Assembly (NCBI GenBank): GCA_046723555.1 | Contig: JBKOUV010000016.1 | Coordinates: forward strand, 160-64,159 | Length of the DNA: 64,000 nucleotides | Reading direction: 5' to 3' | DNA from: Actinomycetota bacterium | GTDB lineage: Bacteria > Actinomycetota > Acidimicrobiia > Acidimicrobiales > Ilumatobacteraceae | Shown here: piece after piece, positions 38,734 through 47,923 of the stretch | Layout: every line of letters begins with the position of its first letter | How positions within the stretch are numbered: the stretch's first letter is position 1 | Made by a program: the position numbers and the translations under genes | Notes under the pieces: generated by a model | Seen by the model: only the letters and a program-made list of their open reading frames with translations | Told to the model about the DNA's origin: nothing | The model's database searches: none

Positions 38734-40380
38734 TCAGCCGAGGGCGGCGACGACGGCGGCGTTGAGCGCGGCGTGGACGGCGACGTTGTCCTGGCGGTTG
38801 GTGGGGATGCGGGTCACGGACGGGCCGGGCTTGGCGATCCGCTCGGCGAGCTCGTCCGCCGTCGTCACCGTCACGGCGTCGAGCCCGTGGGCACCGGCGA
38901 GGGCGACGACGTCGGTGCCGTGCGGGGTCCCGAAGAGCTGCTCGAACCGCTTCTCGGGCAGATCGGTCGCCTGGGGCAAGAACGAGAAGATCCCGCCGCC
39001 GTCGTTGTCGACGACGACGATCCGCAGGTCGACGCCCCGACTCCGGAGCGCGGTGAGCGCCCCGCCGTCGTGGAGGAAGGCGATGTCGCCGACGAGGGCC
39101 ACGGTCGGCACCCGGCGAAGGGCCACACCCAGCGCGGTCGAGACCACGCCGTCGATCCCGTTGGCGCCCCGGTTGGCGTGAGCCCGCGCCGACGGGCCTC
39201 CATACCACTCCAGGTCGCGGACGGGCATCGACGAGGCCACCACGAGCTCCGCGTCCGACGGCAGTGAACGGGCGATGGTTCGGGCCACCGCCGGCTCGGT
39301 CAGCGCAGGTTGGTCGTCGAGCACTGCATCGATCGCCCGCTCGGCCCGCTCGGCGGCGTGGCGCCATCGGGCCAACCACGGCGTGCCGGTCGCGCCACTG
39401 ACCTTTCCAGCCAGCACCGGCACGGCGAGTGGGTCGAGACGGGCGGCGACGCCGTGATCCGGGTCGATCTCGCCCGGGCCGCCGACCTGCACCATGGTTG
39501 CGCCCGAGCGCCCGATCCACTCGGCGAGCACCTTCGACGCGGCCGGGCGGCCGACCCGCACGACGACGTGTGGCGAATGGTCGGCGGCGAACCCAGGATG
39601 CCGCAGCAGCGCGTCGAACGAGCCGACGGCGCCGGTCCGACCCCGTAGCTCGGACGCGGGGTCGGCCAGTACCGGCCATTGCGTCGCCGCGGCGAGCGCG
39701 GCCACGTCGTCGGGGCCGACGCCGCTGCGGCCGCCGGCGAGGATCACGCCTCGCACCTGATCGAGTGCCGCGATCACGTCGTCGGAGAGGACGGGAAGCG
39801 GGCGATCGTGCGCGGTCCAGCCCCCGACCGCGCGACGGGGCGGCAGCGCTCCGGGGCGGCCGACGAGCGGGTCGCGGAACGGCAGGTTGAGATGCACCGG
39901 CCCCGTCGCCGCGGCCTCGATCGCCCGCCGGGCCAGCGACCGCCACGTCGACGCCAAGGCGGCGTCGGCGACACCGGGATCGTGGAACCACCGCACCGCG
40001 TGTCCGTACAAGTGGGTCTGGTCGATCGTCTGTGGCGCGCCGACGTCGCGCAGCTCCGGAGGCCGGTCCGCGGTGACGACGAGCATCGGGACCGCGGACA
40101 GGTCGGCCTCCACGACCGCCGGATGGAAGTTCGCGGCCGCCGTGCCGCTCGTGCACAGCAGCACCGCCGGCGTCCCGGACAGCCCGAGGCCGAGGGCGAC
40201 GAACGCCGCCGCCCGCTCGTCGTGGACGACGTGGACCGCCACGTCCGCCCGCTCGGCGAGGGCGAGGGCCAGCGGCGTGTTCCGACTGCCCGGCGCCACC
40301 ACGGCGTGCCGCACCCCCCGCTCCGCCCACTCGTCGACGAGGGTCGTGCAGAACGTCGCCTGCGCGGTCACCTCACTCAT
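38734..40380 (-). CDS. menD: 2-succinyl-5-enolpyruvyl-6-hydroxy-3-cyclohexene-1-carboxylate (SEPHCHC) synthase
   Basis: 548 aa. FCTTLVDEWAERGVRHAVVAPGSRNTPLALAL...LLCTSGTAAANFHPAV...TADRPPELR, a TPP enzyme of MenD type. Confidence 0.9.
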   Translation of the reverse strand: MSEVTAQATFCTTLVDEWAERGVRHAVVAPGSRNTPLALALAERADVAVHVVHDERAAAFVALGLGLSGTPAVLLCTSGTAAANFHPAVVEADLSAVPMLVVTADRPPELRDVGAPQTIDQTHLYGHAVRWFHDPGVADAALASTWRSLARRAIEAAATGPVHLNLPFRDPLVGRPGALPPRRAVGGWTAHDRPLPVLSDDVIAALDQVRGVILAGGRSGVGPDDVAALAAATQWPVLADPASELRGRTGAVGSFDALLRHPGFAADHSPHVVVRVGRPAASKVLAEWIGRSGATMVQVGGPGEIDPDHGVAARLDPLAVPVLAGKVSGATGTPWLARWRHAAERAERAIDAVLDDQPALTEPAVARTIARSLPSDAELVVASSMPVRDLEWYGGPSARAHANRGANGIDGVVSTALGVALRRVPTVALVGDIAFLHDGGALTALRSRGVDLRIVVVDNDGGGIFSFLPQATDLPEKRFEQLFGTPHGTDVVALAGAHGLDAVTVTTADELAERIAKPGPSVTRIPTNRQDNVAVHAALNAAVVAALG

Positions 40381-40405
40381 GGTGGTCGACGATACGGGCC
40401 GTAGC

Positions 40406-41089
40406 GTGAAGGGCGTGATCGTCGAGGTGTGGTCCGACGTCGTCTGCCCGTGGTGCTACATCGGCAAGCGCCGCTTCGAGGCCGCGGCCGCCCGGCTCGC
40501 CGACGACACCGACTTCCACCACCAGCTGGACGTCGTGTACCGGCCCTTCCAGCTCGACCCGAACGCGCCTCCGGGAACGACGATGCCGGCACCGGAGGCA
40601 TACGCCCGCAAGTTCGGCGGACCCGAGCGAGCCGCCGCGATCATCGACCACGTGACCGGCATCGCCGCCGCCGCGGGCCTCGAGTTCCACCTCGAGCTGG
40701 CCCAGCGGGCCAACACGCGCGACGCCCACCGGGTCCTGTGGTACGCGCGGCAGAGCGGACCCCCGGGCGCGCAGGTCGCCTTGAAGGAACGGCTGCTGGC
40801 CGCCTACTTCACCGACGGATCGAACGTCGCCGATCCCGACCTGCTCGCCACCGAGGCCACCCGCGTGGGACTCGATCGCGAGGATGTCCTCCGGATGCTC
40901 GCCGGCGACGAAGGGGTCGCCGAAGTTGCCGAGGCGTTGGCGGTCGCCGCGGAGGCCGGGATCACCGCGGTTCCGACGTACGTCATCGACGGTCGGTGGT
41001 CGATCCCCGGCGCCCAGGACCCGGACGTGTTCGTCCAAGTGCTGCGCCGCCTCGCCGACCGCGCGGACCGCGCCGAACGTGCCGGCTGA
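40406..41089 (+). CDS. DsbA-family (FrnE/HCCA-isomerase-like) thiol oxidoreductase
   Basis: GTG 40406 (or 40415). VEVWSDVVCPWCYIGKRRFE (CPWC active site) and a C-terminal ITAVPTYVIDGRWSIPGAQ. Confidence 0.85.
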   Translation: MKGVIVEVWSDVVCPWCYIGKRRFEAAAARLADDTDFHHQLDVVYRPFQLDPNAPPGTTMPAPEAYARKFGGPERAAAIIDHVTGIAAAAGLEFHLELAQRANTRDAHRVLWYARQSGPPGAQVALKERLLAAYFTDGSNVADPDLLATEATRVGLDREDVLRMLAGDEGVAEVAEALAVAAEAGITAVPTYVIDGRWSIPGAQDPDVFVQVLRRLADRADRAERAG

Positions 41090-41873
41090 CGCGCTGGCGT
41101 CCACTCGCGGTGGTCGGGGCGAGCGGATCGTGCTCGTCCACGGCTTCACCCAGACCGCCCGTGCGTGGGACGTCATCGCGCCGCGGCTGGCCGAGCGGTA
41201 CGAGGTGGTCGCCGTCGACGCGCCCGGCCACGGTGACTCCGGCGCCGTCCGCGCCGACCTTCCGTCAGCCGCCCGAATGCTCGGTGCCACCGGCGGGCCG
41301 GCGACCTACGTCGGCTACTCGATGGGCGGCCGGCTGTGCCTCCACCTCGCCGTCGCCCACCCCGACCTCGTCCGCCGGCTCGTCCTCGTCAGCACCACGG
41401 CCGGGATCGAGGATCCGACCGAGCGGGCCGCCCGTCGTCAGTCCGACGAGGCCCTCGCCGCGTCGATCGAGCGGGACGGGGTCGACGCCTTCCTCGATCG
41501 CTGGCTCGCCCTCCCACTGTTCGCGACCCTCCCCCGTGACGCGGCCACTCTCGACGATCGGCGCCGCAACTCCGCCGGCGGGCTGGCGTCCAGCCTGCGC
41601 CTGGCCGGCGCCGGAGCCCAGGAGTCGCTGTGGGACCGGCTGGGGGAGCTGCCCATGCCCGTGCTCGTCATCGCCGGCGCGCGCGACGCCAGGTACGTCG
41701 CGATCGGCCGGCGGCTGGCGGAGCTGATCCCGCAGTCCGCGTTCGAGGTGGTCGAGCGCGCCGGACACGCGGTGCACCTCGAACAACCCGACGCCTTCGC
41801 CGGTGTCCTCGAGGCCTGGTTAACCGCCGAGGGCCAGACCGAGCGTGGCCAGCGCGCCGTAGACGAGCTGTAG
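41079..41873 (+). CDS. menH: 2-succinyl-6-hydroxy-2,4-cyclohexadiene-1-carboxylate synthase-like alpha/beta hydrolase
   Basis: GTG 41079. IVLVHGFTQTARAW, GYSMGGRL, AGHAVHLEQP. Context lies within men genes. The symbol is assigned from context plus fold, not proven. Confidence 0.7.
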   Translation: MPADALASTRGGRGERIVLVHGFTQTARAWDVIAPRLAERYEVVAVDAPGHGDSGAVRADLPSAARMLGATGGPATYVGYSMGGRLCLHLAVAHPDLVRRLVLVSTTAGIEDPTERAARRQSDEALAASIERDGVDAFLDRWLALPLFATLPRDAATLDDRRRNSAGGLASSLRLAGAGAQESLWDRLGELPMPVLVIAGARDARYVAIGRRLAELIPQSAFEVVERAGHAVHLEQPDAFAGVLEAWLTAEGQTERGQRAVDEL

Positions 41874-42713
41874 CCGGCCGGTCGCGACGAGGACGGCGAT
41901 GAGGGCGCGGCCACTGGCGCCGGCCCGCACCGCCCGCACGGGCGGCACCGCCGCGCCGGCGGCCAGCAGGGCGAGGAGCACCTCGGACCGCCACCCGACG
42001 CCGGCCCCGATCGCGAGGGCGAACGCCGCGACGATCAACCCGACGTAGAGCCACCGCGTCCGCGCGTCACCAATCCGCACCGCGAGCGTGCGCTTGCCGG
42101 CCGCGGCGTCCGACGGGATGTCGCGCAGGTTGTTCACGACGAGCAGTGCGCAGGAGAGACATCCGGCCGCGCATCCCATCACCACGCTGAGCCCGGTGAT
42201 CCGCTCCACCGCGACGTAGGTCGTGCCTACGGTGGCGACGAGGCCGAAGAAGACGAACACGAACAGTTCCCCGAACCCGGCGTAGCCGTACGGCCGGGGT
42301 CCCCCGGTGTAGAACCAGGCCGCGGCGATGCTCGCCGCTCCGACCGCGAGCAGCCACCACGACGTGGTCGCGGCGAGCGCCAGCCCGGCGACGCCGGCGA
42401 CGCCGAACGCGATGAACGCGGCCCGCCTGACCTCCCGGGGCGTCGCCAGTCCCGACGCGACCAGCCGCACCGGACCCACCCGGGCGCGGTCGGTGCCGCG
42501 CACGCCGTCGCTGTAGTCATTGGCGTAGTTGACGCCGACCTGCAGGGCGAGGCTCACGACCAACGCCGCCGCCACTCGCCACCAGACGATCGAACCTTCG
42601 CCGACCGCGGCCGCGGCGCCGATCGCGACCGGAACGACGGCGGCCGGGAGCGTGCGGGGACGCGCGCCGACGAACCAATGCCGGGCCGCTGGTGCCTTGC
42701 TGGTCACGACCAC
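41820..42713 (-). CDS. menA: 1,4-dihydroxy-2-naphthoate polyprenyltransferase
   Basis: Start at GTG 42713 or 42707 (track 42797). ARPRTLPAAVVPV, LQVGVNYANDYSDGVRGTD, NNLRDIPSDAAAGKRTLAVR, UbiA-family motifs. Confidence 0.88.
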   Translation of the reverse strand: MVVTSKAPAARHWFVGARPRTLPAAVVPVAIGAAAAVGEGSIVWWRVAAALVVSLALQVGVNYANDYSDGVRGTDRARVGPVRLVASGLATPREVRRAAFIAFGVAGVAGLALAATTSWWLLAVGAASIAAAWFYTGGPRPYGYAGFGELFVFVFFGLVATVGTTYVAVERITGLSVVMGCAAGCLSCALLVVNNLRDIPSDAAAGKRTLAVRIGDARTRWLYVGLIVAAFALAIGAGVGWRSEVLLALLAAGAAVPPVRAVRAGASGRALIAVLVATGRLQLVYGALATLGLALGG

Positions 42714-42733
42714 AAGTGCGTCATGATGGAGCG

Positions 42734-44134
42734 GTGGGAGAGCTGTGGCAACTGGGCGCACTGGAGATCGCGGCGGCGGTGCGCAACCGGGAGACAACGA
42801 GCCGGGAAGTGCTCGACGCCCTCGTCGACCGGGTCGACGCCGTCAACGGCGACCTCAACGCCGTCGTCGCGCTGCTCGGCGACGAGGCGGTCAAGGCCGC
42901 GGAGCAGGCCGACCGGGCCGTCGCCGACGGGGCGCCGCTCGGTCCGTTGCACGGCGTGCCGATCACCGTGAAGGAGAACATCGACGTCGCCGGGTGGCCG
43001 ACGACCCAGGGCGTACCGGCCCTCGCCGACGCGGTGCCGCCGATCGACGCCCCGATGGTCGAGCGGATGCGGGCGGCGGGAGCGATCCCGTTCGCCCGCA
43101 CCAACCTTCCCGACTTCGGCCTGCGCGTGCACACCGACTCGTCGCTGCGCGGGCTCACCCGCAACCCGTGGAACCCGGACGTCACGGCCGGCGGCTCGAG
43201 CGGCGGCGAGGCGAGCGCGCTGGCCAGCGGGATGACCCCGCTCGGGCTCGGCAACGACCTCGGCGGCTCGCTCCGCAATCCGGCCCACTGCTGCGGCATC
43301 GCCGCGATCAAGCCGTCGGTGGGCGTGGTGCCGGACGCCTCGGCGATCCCGCCCGAGGATTCCCCGCTGATGTTCCAGCTGATGGCGGTGCAGGGGGTGA
43401 TGGCGCGCCACGTCGCCGACCTCCGCGCCGGGCTCCTCGCCGTCGCCGGCGCGCACCCGCGCGACCCGCTGAGCCTGCCGGTCACCCTCACGCCGGCCGC
43501 GCCCGACTCCCGGCTACGGATCGCCGTGCTCGCCGAGCCGCCGGACGGGTCGACCGACGCCGGCGTCGCAGCCGCGATCAGGCGGACCGCCGACACCCTT
43601 GCCGATGCGGGACACGACGTCGCCGAGGCGGCGCCGTCCAGCTACGCCCGCAGCATCGAGCTGTGGGCCGAGCTGTTGCTCCCCGATATCCGCGCCGTAC
43701 GCCCGCTGTTCGACGAGCTGATCAGCGACGACGCCCGTGCCTTCCTCGACTTCGCCAACGCGTACTTCCCGCCGATCGAGACCGCCGACTGGTCGATGCT
43801 GTTCATCGAGCGGCACGCCGTGGCCAGGGACTGGTCCGGGTTCTTCGAGACCTGGGACGTGCTGCTGTCGCCCACGTGGACGCAGCCGCCGTTCGTCCAT
43901 GGCGCCGACGTCGCCTCGTTCGACGGTGCGTTGGCGACGCTCGAACTGATGCGTCCGGTGTTGCCGGCGAACCTGCTCGGGCTGCCGGCCGCGGTGGTCC
44001 CGGCCGGGGTCGTCGACGGGCTCCCGGTCGGCGCGCAGTTCACCGGAAACCGCTTCGCCGACCTCGTCGTCCTCGCCGCCGCCGAGGCGGTCGAGCAGGC
44101 CCTCGGCCCGATCACTCCGATCGACCCGCACTGA
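42734..44134 (+). CDS. Amidase (amidase-signature family)
   Basis: GTG 42734 (VGELWQLGALEIAAAV...). GVPITVKENI, and GGSSGGEASALASG...GNDLGGSLRNPA, the AS-family Ser-cisSer-Lys signature region. Confidence 0.88.
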   Translation: MGELWQLGALEIAAAVRNRETTSREVLDALVDRVDAVNGDLNAVVALLGDEAVKAAEQADRAVADGAPLGPLHGVPITVKENIDVAGWPTTQGVPALADAVPPIDAPMVERMRAAGAIPFARTNLPDFGLRVHTDSSLRGLTRNPWNPDVTAGGSSGGEASALASGMTPLGLGNDLGGSLRNPAHCCGIAAIKPSVGVVPDASAIPPEDSPLMFQLMAVQGVMARHVADLRAGLLAVAGAHPRDPLSLPVTLTPAAPDSRLRIAVLAEPPDGSTDAGVAAAIRRTADTLADAGHDVAEAAPSSYARSIELWAELLLPDIRAVRPLFDELISDDARAFLDFANAYFPPIETADWSMLFIERHAVARDWSGFFETWDVLLSPTWTQPPFVHGADVASFDGALATLELMRPVLPANLLGLPAAVVPAGVVDGLPVGAQFTGNRFADLVVLAAAEAVEQALGPITPIDPH

Positions 44135-45282
44135 GCGCAACGCTCGTCGCCCTCGATCTCCCCGGCGGTCCGGACTTCGTCGACGCGCTGCGGCGGGTGT
44201 GGGACCGCGGCGACGCCGCCTTTCCGCTCGACCAACGGCTGCCGCCCGTCGCCAAGGCGGCCGCGCTGGCGGCGATGGCGCCCGCCACGGCGATCGACGC
44301 AAGCGGCGACGAGACATCACTCGGCGGCGGAGCTGCGGTCGAGCCCGGTGACGCCCTCGTCGTCGCCACGAGCGGGGCGTCCGGGGTCCCCAAGGGCGTC
44401 GTGCTGACCCACGACGCCGTCGCGGCATCCGCTCGCGCCACGAACGCCCGGCTGGGCGTGAGCGTCGACGATCATTGGCTGGCCTGCCTACCGCTGGCTC
44501 ATGTCGGCGGGCTGTCGGTCGTCACCCGGGCCCTCGCCGGCGGGACCCGGCTGACCGTGCTGCCGGGGTTCGACCCCGTCTCCGTCATGGCCGTCGGGGC
44601 GACGCTCGTTTCGCTGGTCGCCACCATCCTGCCGCGGATCGATCCGGCGCGTTTCCGCACCATCGTGCTCGGCGGCGCCCAGCCCCCGGCGGGACTGCCG
44701 GCCAACGTCGTGACGACCTACGGGATGACCGAGACCGGCAGCGGCGTGGTGTACGACGGCCGACCGCTCGACGGCGTCGACGTGCGCATCGACGGCGACG
44801 GCGAGATCCGCGTCCGCGGCCCGATGCTGCTACGCGCCTACCGCGACGGCACCGTTCCGTTGCAGCACGGATGGTTCGCCACGGGCGATCTCGGGCGATG
44901 GGACGCCGCCGGCCGACTCGTCGTCGACGGCCGGCGTAGCGACCTGATCATCTCCGGCGGGGAGAACGTCTGGCCGGAGCCGGTCGAGGCGGTGCTGCGC
45001 CGCCATCTCGGCGTCGCCGACGTCGCCGTCTCCGGTGAGCCCGACGCGGAATGGGGACAGGCCGTCACCGCCTACGTGGTTCCCGCCGGCGACGCTCCGA
45101 GCCTCGACGAGCTCCGCGACACGGTCAAGCAGGAGCTCCCCCCGCACTGCGCGCCCCGCCGCCTCGTCGTCGTCACGGCGATCCCCCGCACGGCCCTCGG
45201 CAAGATCCGCCGCGCCGACGTCACCAGACTCAACCCGTCCGCCAGCGGCCGACCCGCTGATACGTCGCCCCGGTCGGGCTGA
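44131..45282 (+). CDS. menE: o-Succinylbenzoate--CoA ligase-like short AMP-binding enzyme; start codon uncertain
   Basis: Region read from the C-terminal part of track ORF 42745..45282: LVALDLPGGPDFVDALRRVWDRGDAAFPLD...VVATSGASGVPKGVVLTH...TYGMTETGSG...GDLGRWDAAGRLVVDGRRSDLIISGGENVWP...GK. There is no ATG/GTG/TTG near the homologous N-terminus. CTG 44131 overlaps the amidase TGA. Confidence 0.75.
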   Translation: MSATLVALDLPGGPDFVDALRRVWDRGDAAFPLDQRLPPVAKAAALAAMAPATAIDASGDETSLGGGAAVEPGDALVVATSGASGVPKGVVLTHDAVAASARATNARLGVSVDDHWLACLPLAHVGGLSVVTRALAGGTRLTVLPGFDPVSVMAVGATLVSLVATILPRIDPARFRTIVLGGAQPPAGLPANVVTTYGMTETGSGVVYDGRPLDGVDVRIDGDGEIRVRGPMLLRAYRDGTVPLQHGWFATGDLGRWDAAGRLVVDGRRSDLIISGGENVWPEPVEAVLRRHLGVADVAVSGEPDAEWGQAVTAYVVPAGDAPSLDELRDTVKQELPPHCAPRRLVVVTAIPRTALGKIRRADVTRLNPSASGRPADTSPRSG

Positions 45283-45724
45283 GCCGGGTCTGCGCCAGCA
45301 CGACCTCCCCGATCGCGGCGGCGGCGTACACCGAAGTCCCGGCCAGCGGGCAACGCACCGACGGCCGGAAGCGGGCCAGCGTCACGTGACCGCGGAAGCC
45401 GCGGTGGCCGATCGGCTCTCCGATGTCGGACGTGGCCTCGGCGACGGCCGCCGCGAGCTCGTCGAGCCCGCCGACCGGCACGACGACCAGGCCGCGGCCG
45501 AGCCGCTGCACGACCGGACCCAATGTGGCGTTGGCGGGTGGGAGCGTGGCGGCATCGAGCCGGGCCCGGACCTCGTCCGCATCGGTCTCACCGAGGAAGC
45601 GCAGGGTGACGTGCCAGTTCTCCGGTGGTATCCAGCGCACCCCGCGCCGCTCAGCGCGGGGTAGCGATGTCAGCTGCTCGGCGAACGCGGGCGGCGGCCA
45701 CACGGCGACGAAGAGGCGCGGCAC
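45230..45724 (-). CDS. thpR: 2H-phosphoesterase family RNA 2',3'-cyclic phosphodiesterase / 2'-5' RNA ligase-like
   Basis: GTG 45724 (VPRLFVAVWPP...). Two HxTx motifs: WHVTLRFLG and GHVTLARF. Confidence 0.8.
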   Translation of the reverse strand: MPRLFVAVWPPPAFAEQLTSLPRAERRGVRWIPPENWHVTLRFLGETDADEVRARLDAATLPPANATLGPVVQRLGRGLVVVPVGGLDELAAAVAEATSDIGEPIGHRGFRGHVTLARFRPSVRCPLAGTSVYAAAAIGEVVLAQTRLSPTGATYQRVGRWRTG

Positions 45725-45744
45725 CGCCGCCAGCGTGGCATGGG

Positions 45745-46491
45745 CTAATGGCGCGGAGCGACCCCGGCGCCACCGTCGACGACGTACGTCTCGCCGGTGA
45801 TCCAACTCGCCTTGTCGCTGGCGAGGAAGACGGCGAGGTGGGCGATGTCCTCGGGCTCGCCGAGGCGCTTCGTCGGCATCGACGCGGCCAGCGACTCGCC
45901 GAAGTTGGCGACGAGCAGGGCGGCGAAGTCGGTCTTCACGAGGCCGGGTGCGATCCCGACCACGCGTGTCGGTCCGAGCTCTCCGGCGAGCTGGCGGGTC
46001 AAGTGGATGAGCGCCGCCTTGGTGACGTTGTACACGCCGAGCCCGACGTCGCCGCGCAGTCCGCCGACCGAGGCGATGTTGACGATCACGCCGGGATGGT
46101 CCTTGAACGACCGCTCCCATGCGTGCTGCGACCAGAACACCGGCCCGCGCACGTTGACCTCGAACGTCTTGTCGTACCGCGCCGGGTCCACGCCGAGCGT
46201 GGCGCCGTAGTACGGGTTGGTCCCGGCATTGTTGACGAGGATGTCGAGCCCGCCGAAGCGCTCGATCGTCGCGTCGACGCACGCCGCCGCGGCCTCGATG
46301 TTGCCGGCGTTGGCCGCGAACACTGCCGTCTCGCCCTTGATCTCCGCCGCCGCCGCCTCGAGCTGATCCTGCTTGCGGCTGCTCAGCATGACCCGCGCGC
46401 CGGCCTCCGCGAGCTCAGCCGCGATCGCCTTGCCGATTCCCTTCGACGCCCCGGTGACGAGGGCGACCTTGCCGTCGAGTGAGATCTCCAC
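45745..46491 (-). CDS. SDR-family oxidoreductase
   Basis: GTG 46491 (VEISLDGKVALVTGASKGIGKAIA...). NNAG and the YNVTK catalytic motif. Confidence 0.88.
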   Translation of the reverse strand: MEISLDGKVALVTGASKGIGKAIAAELAEAGARVMLSSRKQDQLEAAAAEIKGETAVFAANAGNIEAAAACVDATIERFGGLDILVNNAGTNPYYGATLGVDPARYDKTFEVNVRGPVFWSQHAWERSFKDHPGVIVNIASVGGLRGDVGLGVYNVTKAALIHLTRQLAGELGPTRVVGIAPGLVKTDFAALLVANFGESLAASMPTKRLGEPEDIAHLAVFLASDKASWITGETYVVDGGAGVAPRH

Positions 46492-46607
46492 GGCGGACGA
46501 ACGTAGCCCGAGCGGCGTCCGTGGAGCATTCCCACCGATGCGAGCGAGTGAGCGCCAGCGAGCGAGCGGCAATCAACGGCCTGCGTGGCCGGGGAACGCA
46601 ATGCGCG

Positions 46608-47921
46608 TCACTGGCGGGCCCGGTCGGCGGGCTCGTCCTGCCGGTCGCCGTTCGAGTCACTGTCGGGCCAGGGCAGGGCACTCACCCGGACCAGCCGGAT
46701 CCGCCGGCCCTCGACCTCCTCGACGGCGAAGCGCCAACCGTCGTACTCGACCGACTCGCCCGTCTCGGCGACGTGCTCGAGGGTGCCGAAGAGGAAGCCG
46801 CCGAGCGTGTCCCACTCCTCGTCCGGGATGTGGATGTCGAGCAGCTCGTTGAGCTCCTCGACCTGGATCCCGCCGTCGACGAGGTAGTCGCCGCTCGGCA
46901 GCCGCTGCACGGCGAGCTCCTCGATGTCGTACTCGTCGACGATCTCCCCGACCAGCTCCTCGAGGCAGTCCTCCAGCGTGATCAGGCCGGCGATCCGCCC
47001 GTACTCGTCGGCGACGATGGCGAGGTGGAACTTGCCGGCTTGCATCTCCCGCATCAGGCGGGCCACCGGTTTGTTCTCGGGGATGAAGCGCACCGGCCGG
47101 GCCAGCTCGAGCGCGGGGTGGTCGCCGCGACCCTCACGCTCGGCGCGGATGAGGTCCTTGACGTAGACGAGCCCGATGATGTCGTCGCCGTCCTCGGCGT
47201 GCACCGGCAGGCGGCTGAAGCCGTGGGCGATCGCGAGGTCGAGGGCGGCGGTGACCGTCGAATCGTGCTCGATGATCACCATGTCCGGCCGCGGGACCAT
47301 CACCTCCCGCGCCACCGTGTCACCGAACTCGATGATGCTCTCGATGAGCTCGCGCTCCTCGTGCTCGATGACCTCGTCCTCCGCCGCCGCCTCGACAATG
47401 CCGAGCAGCTCCTGCTCGCTGACGAAGGGCCCTTCCTTGAGGCCGCGTCCGGGGATCAGCACATTGGTCAGCCCGATGAGCGCGCGGCTGACGTACTTCA
47501 ACGGTGGGAACGTCACCAGCAGCTCGGTGGGGCGCGCCGTGAGCAGCGCCGCCCGCTCGGCCGACAGCACGGCCCACGTCTTCGGCATCGCCTCGGCGAG
47601 GACGAAGAACAGGATCACGTTGAGGACGAAGCCGATGATGATGCCCTTGGCCCCGAACAGCCGGTCGGCGAGGAGTGAGGTGAGGAACGCCTGGCCGGTC
47701 TGCAGGACGGTGATCGTCACGAGGAGCGGGTTGATGAACCGCTCGGGGTGGGACACGAGGCGGTACAGCGACTTCGCCGACTTGGTCTGGACGGTCTCGG
47801 CGAGGGCTTGGGCCTTGACCCGGGAGATCCGGTTGAGCGCCGTCTCGGCGACGGCGAGGAACGACAGGATCAGCAGCAGGACGATGATCCCGAGCAGCAT
47901 CAGGAGCTCGATCGAGTCCAT
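46608..47921 (-). CDS. CNNM/CorC-HlyC family transporter (DUF21 + CBS pair + CorC_HlyC)
   Basis: Trimmed to ATG 47921 (MDSIELLMLLGIIVLLLILSFLAVAETALNR...). CBS region (VMVPRPDMV...) and a C-terminal transporter-associated domain. The upstream 75 codons are Arg/Pro run-on. Confidence 0.88.
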   Translation of the reverse strand: MDSIELLMLLGIIVLLLILSFLAVAETALNRISRVKAQALAETVQTKSAKSLYRLVSHPERFINPLLVTITVLQTGQAFLTSLLADRLFGAKGIIIGFVLNVILFFVLAEAMPKTWAVLSAERAALLTARPTELLVTFPPLKYVSRALIGLTNVLIPGRGLKEGPFVSEQELLGIVEAAAEDEVIEHEERELIESIIEFGDTVAREVMVPRPDMVIIEHDSTVTAALDLAIAHGFSRLPVHAEDGDDIIGLVYVKDLIRAEREGRGDHPALELARPVRFIPENKPVARLMREMQAGKFHLAIVADEYGRIAGLITLEDCLEELVGEIVDEYDIEELAVQRLPSGDYLVDGGIQVEELNELLDIHIPDEEWDTLGGFLFGTLEHVAETGESVEYDGWRFAVEEVEGRRIRLVRVSALPWPDSDSNGDRQDEPADRARQ

Positions 47922-47923
47922 CT

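Noticed and set aside
41820-41873. Convergent 3' overlaps of 54 nt (menH/menA) and 53 nt (menE/thpR at 45230..45282) considered as possible antisense regulation or misassembly
   Set aside because: In both cases the plus-strand gene simply reads on for about 16-20 non-conserved residues past its conserved C-terminus until a stop appears. This is common in high-GC genomes, and nothing further supports a regulatory role.
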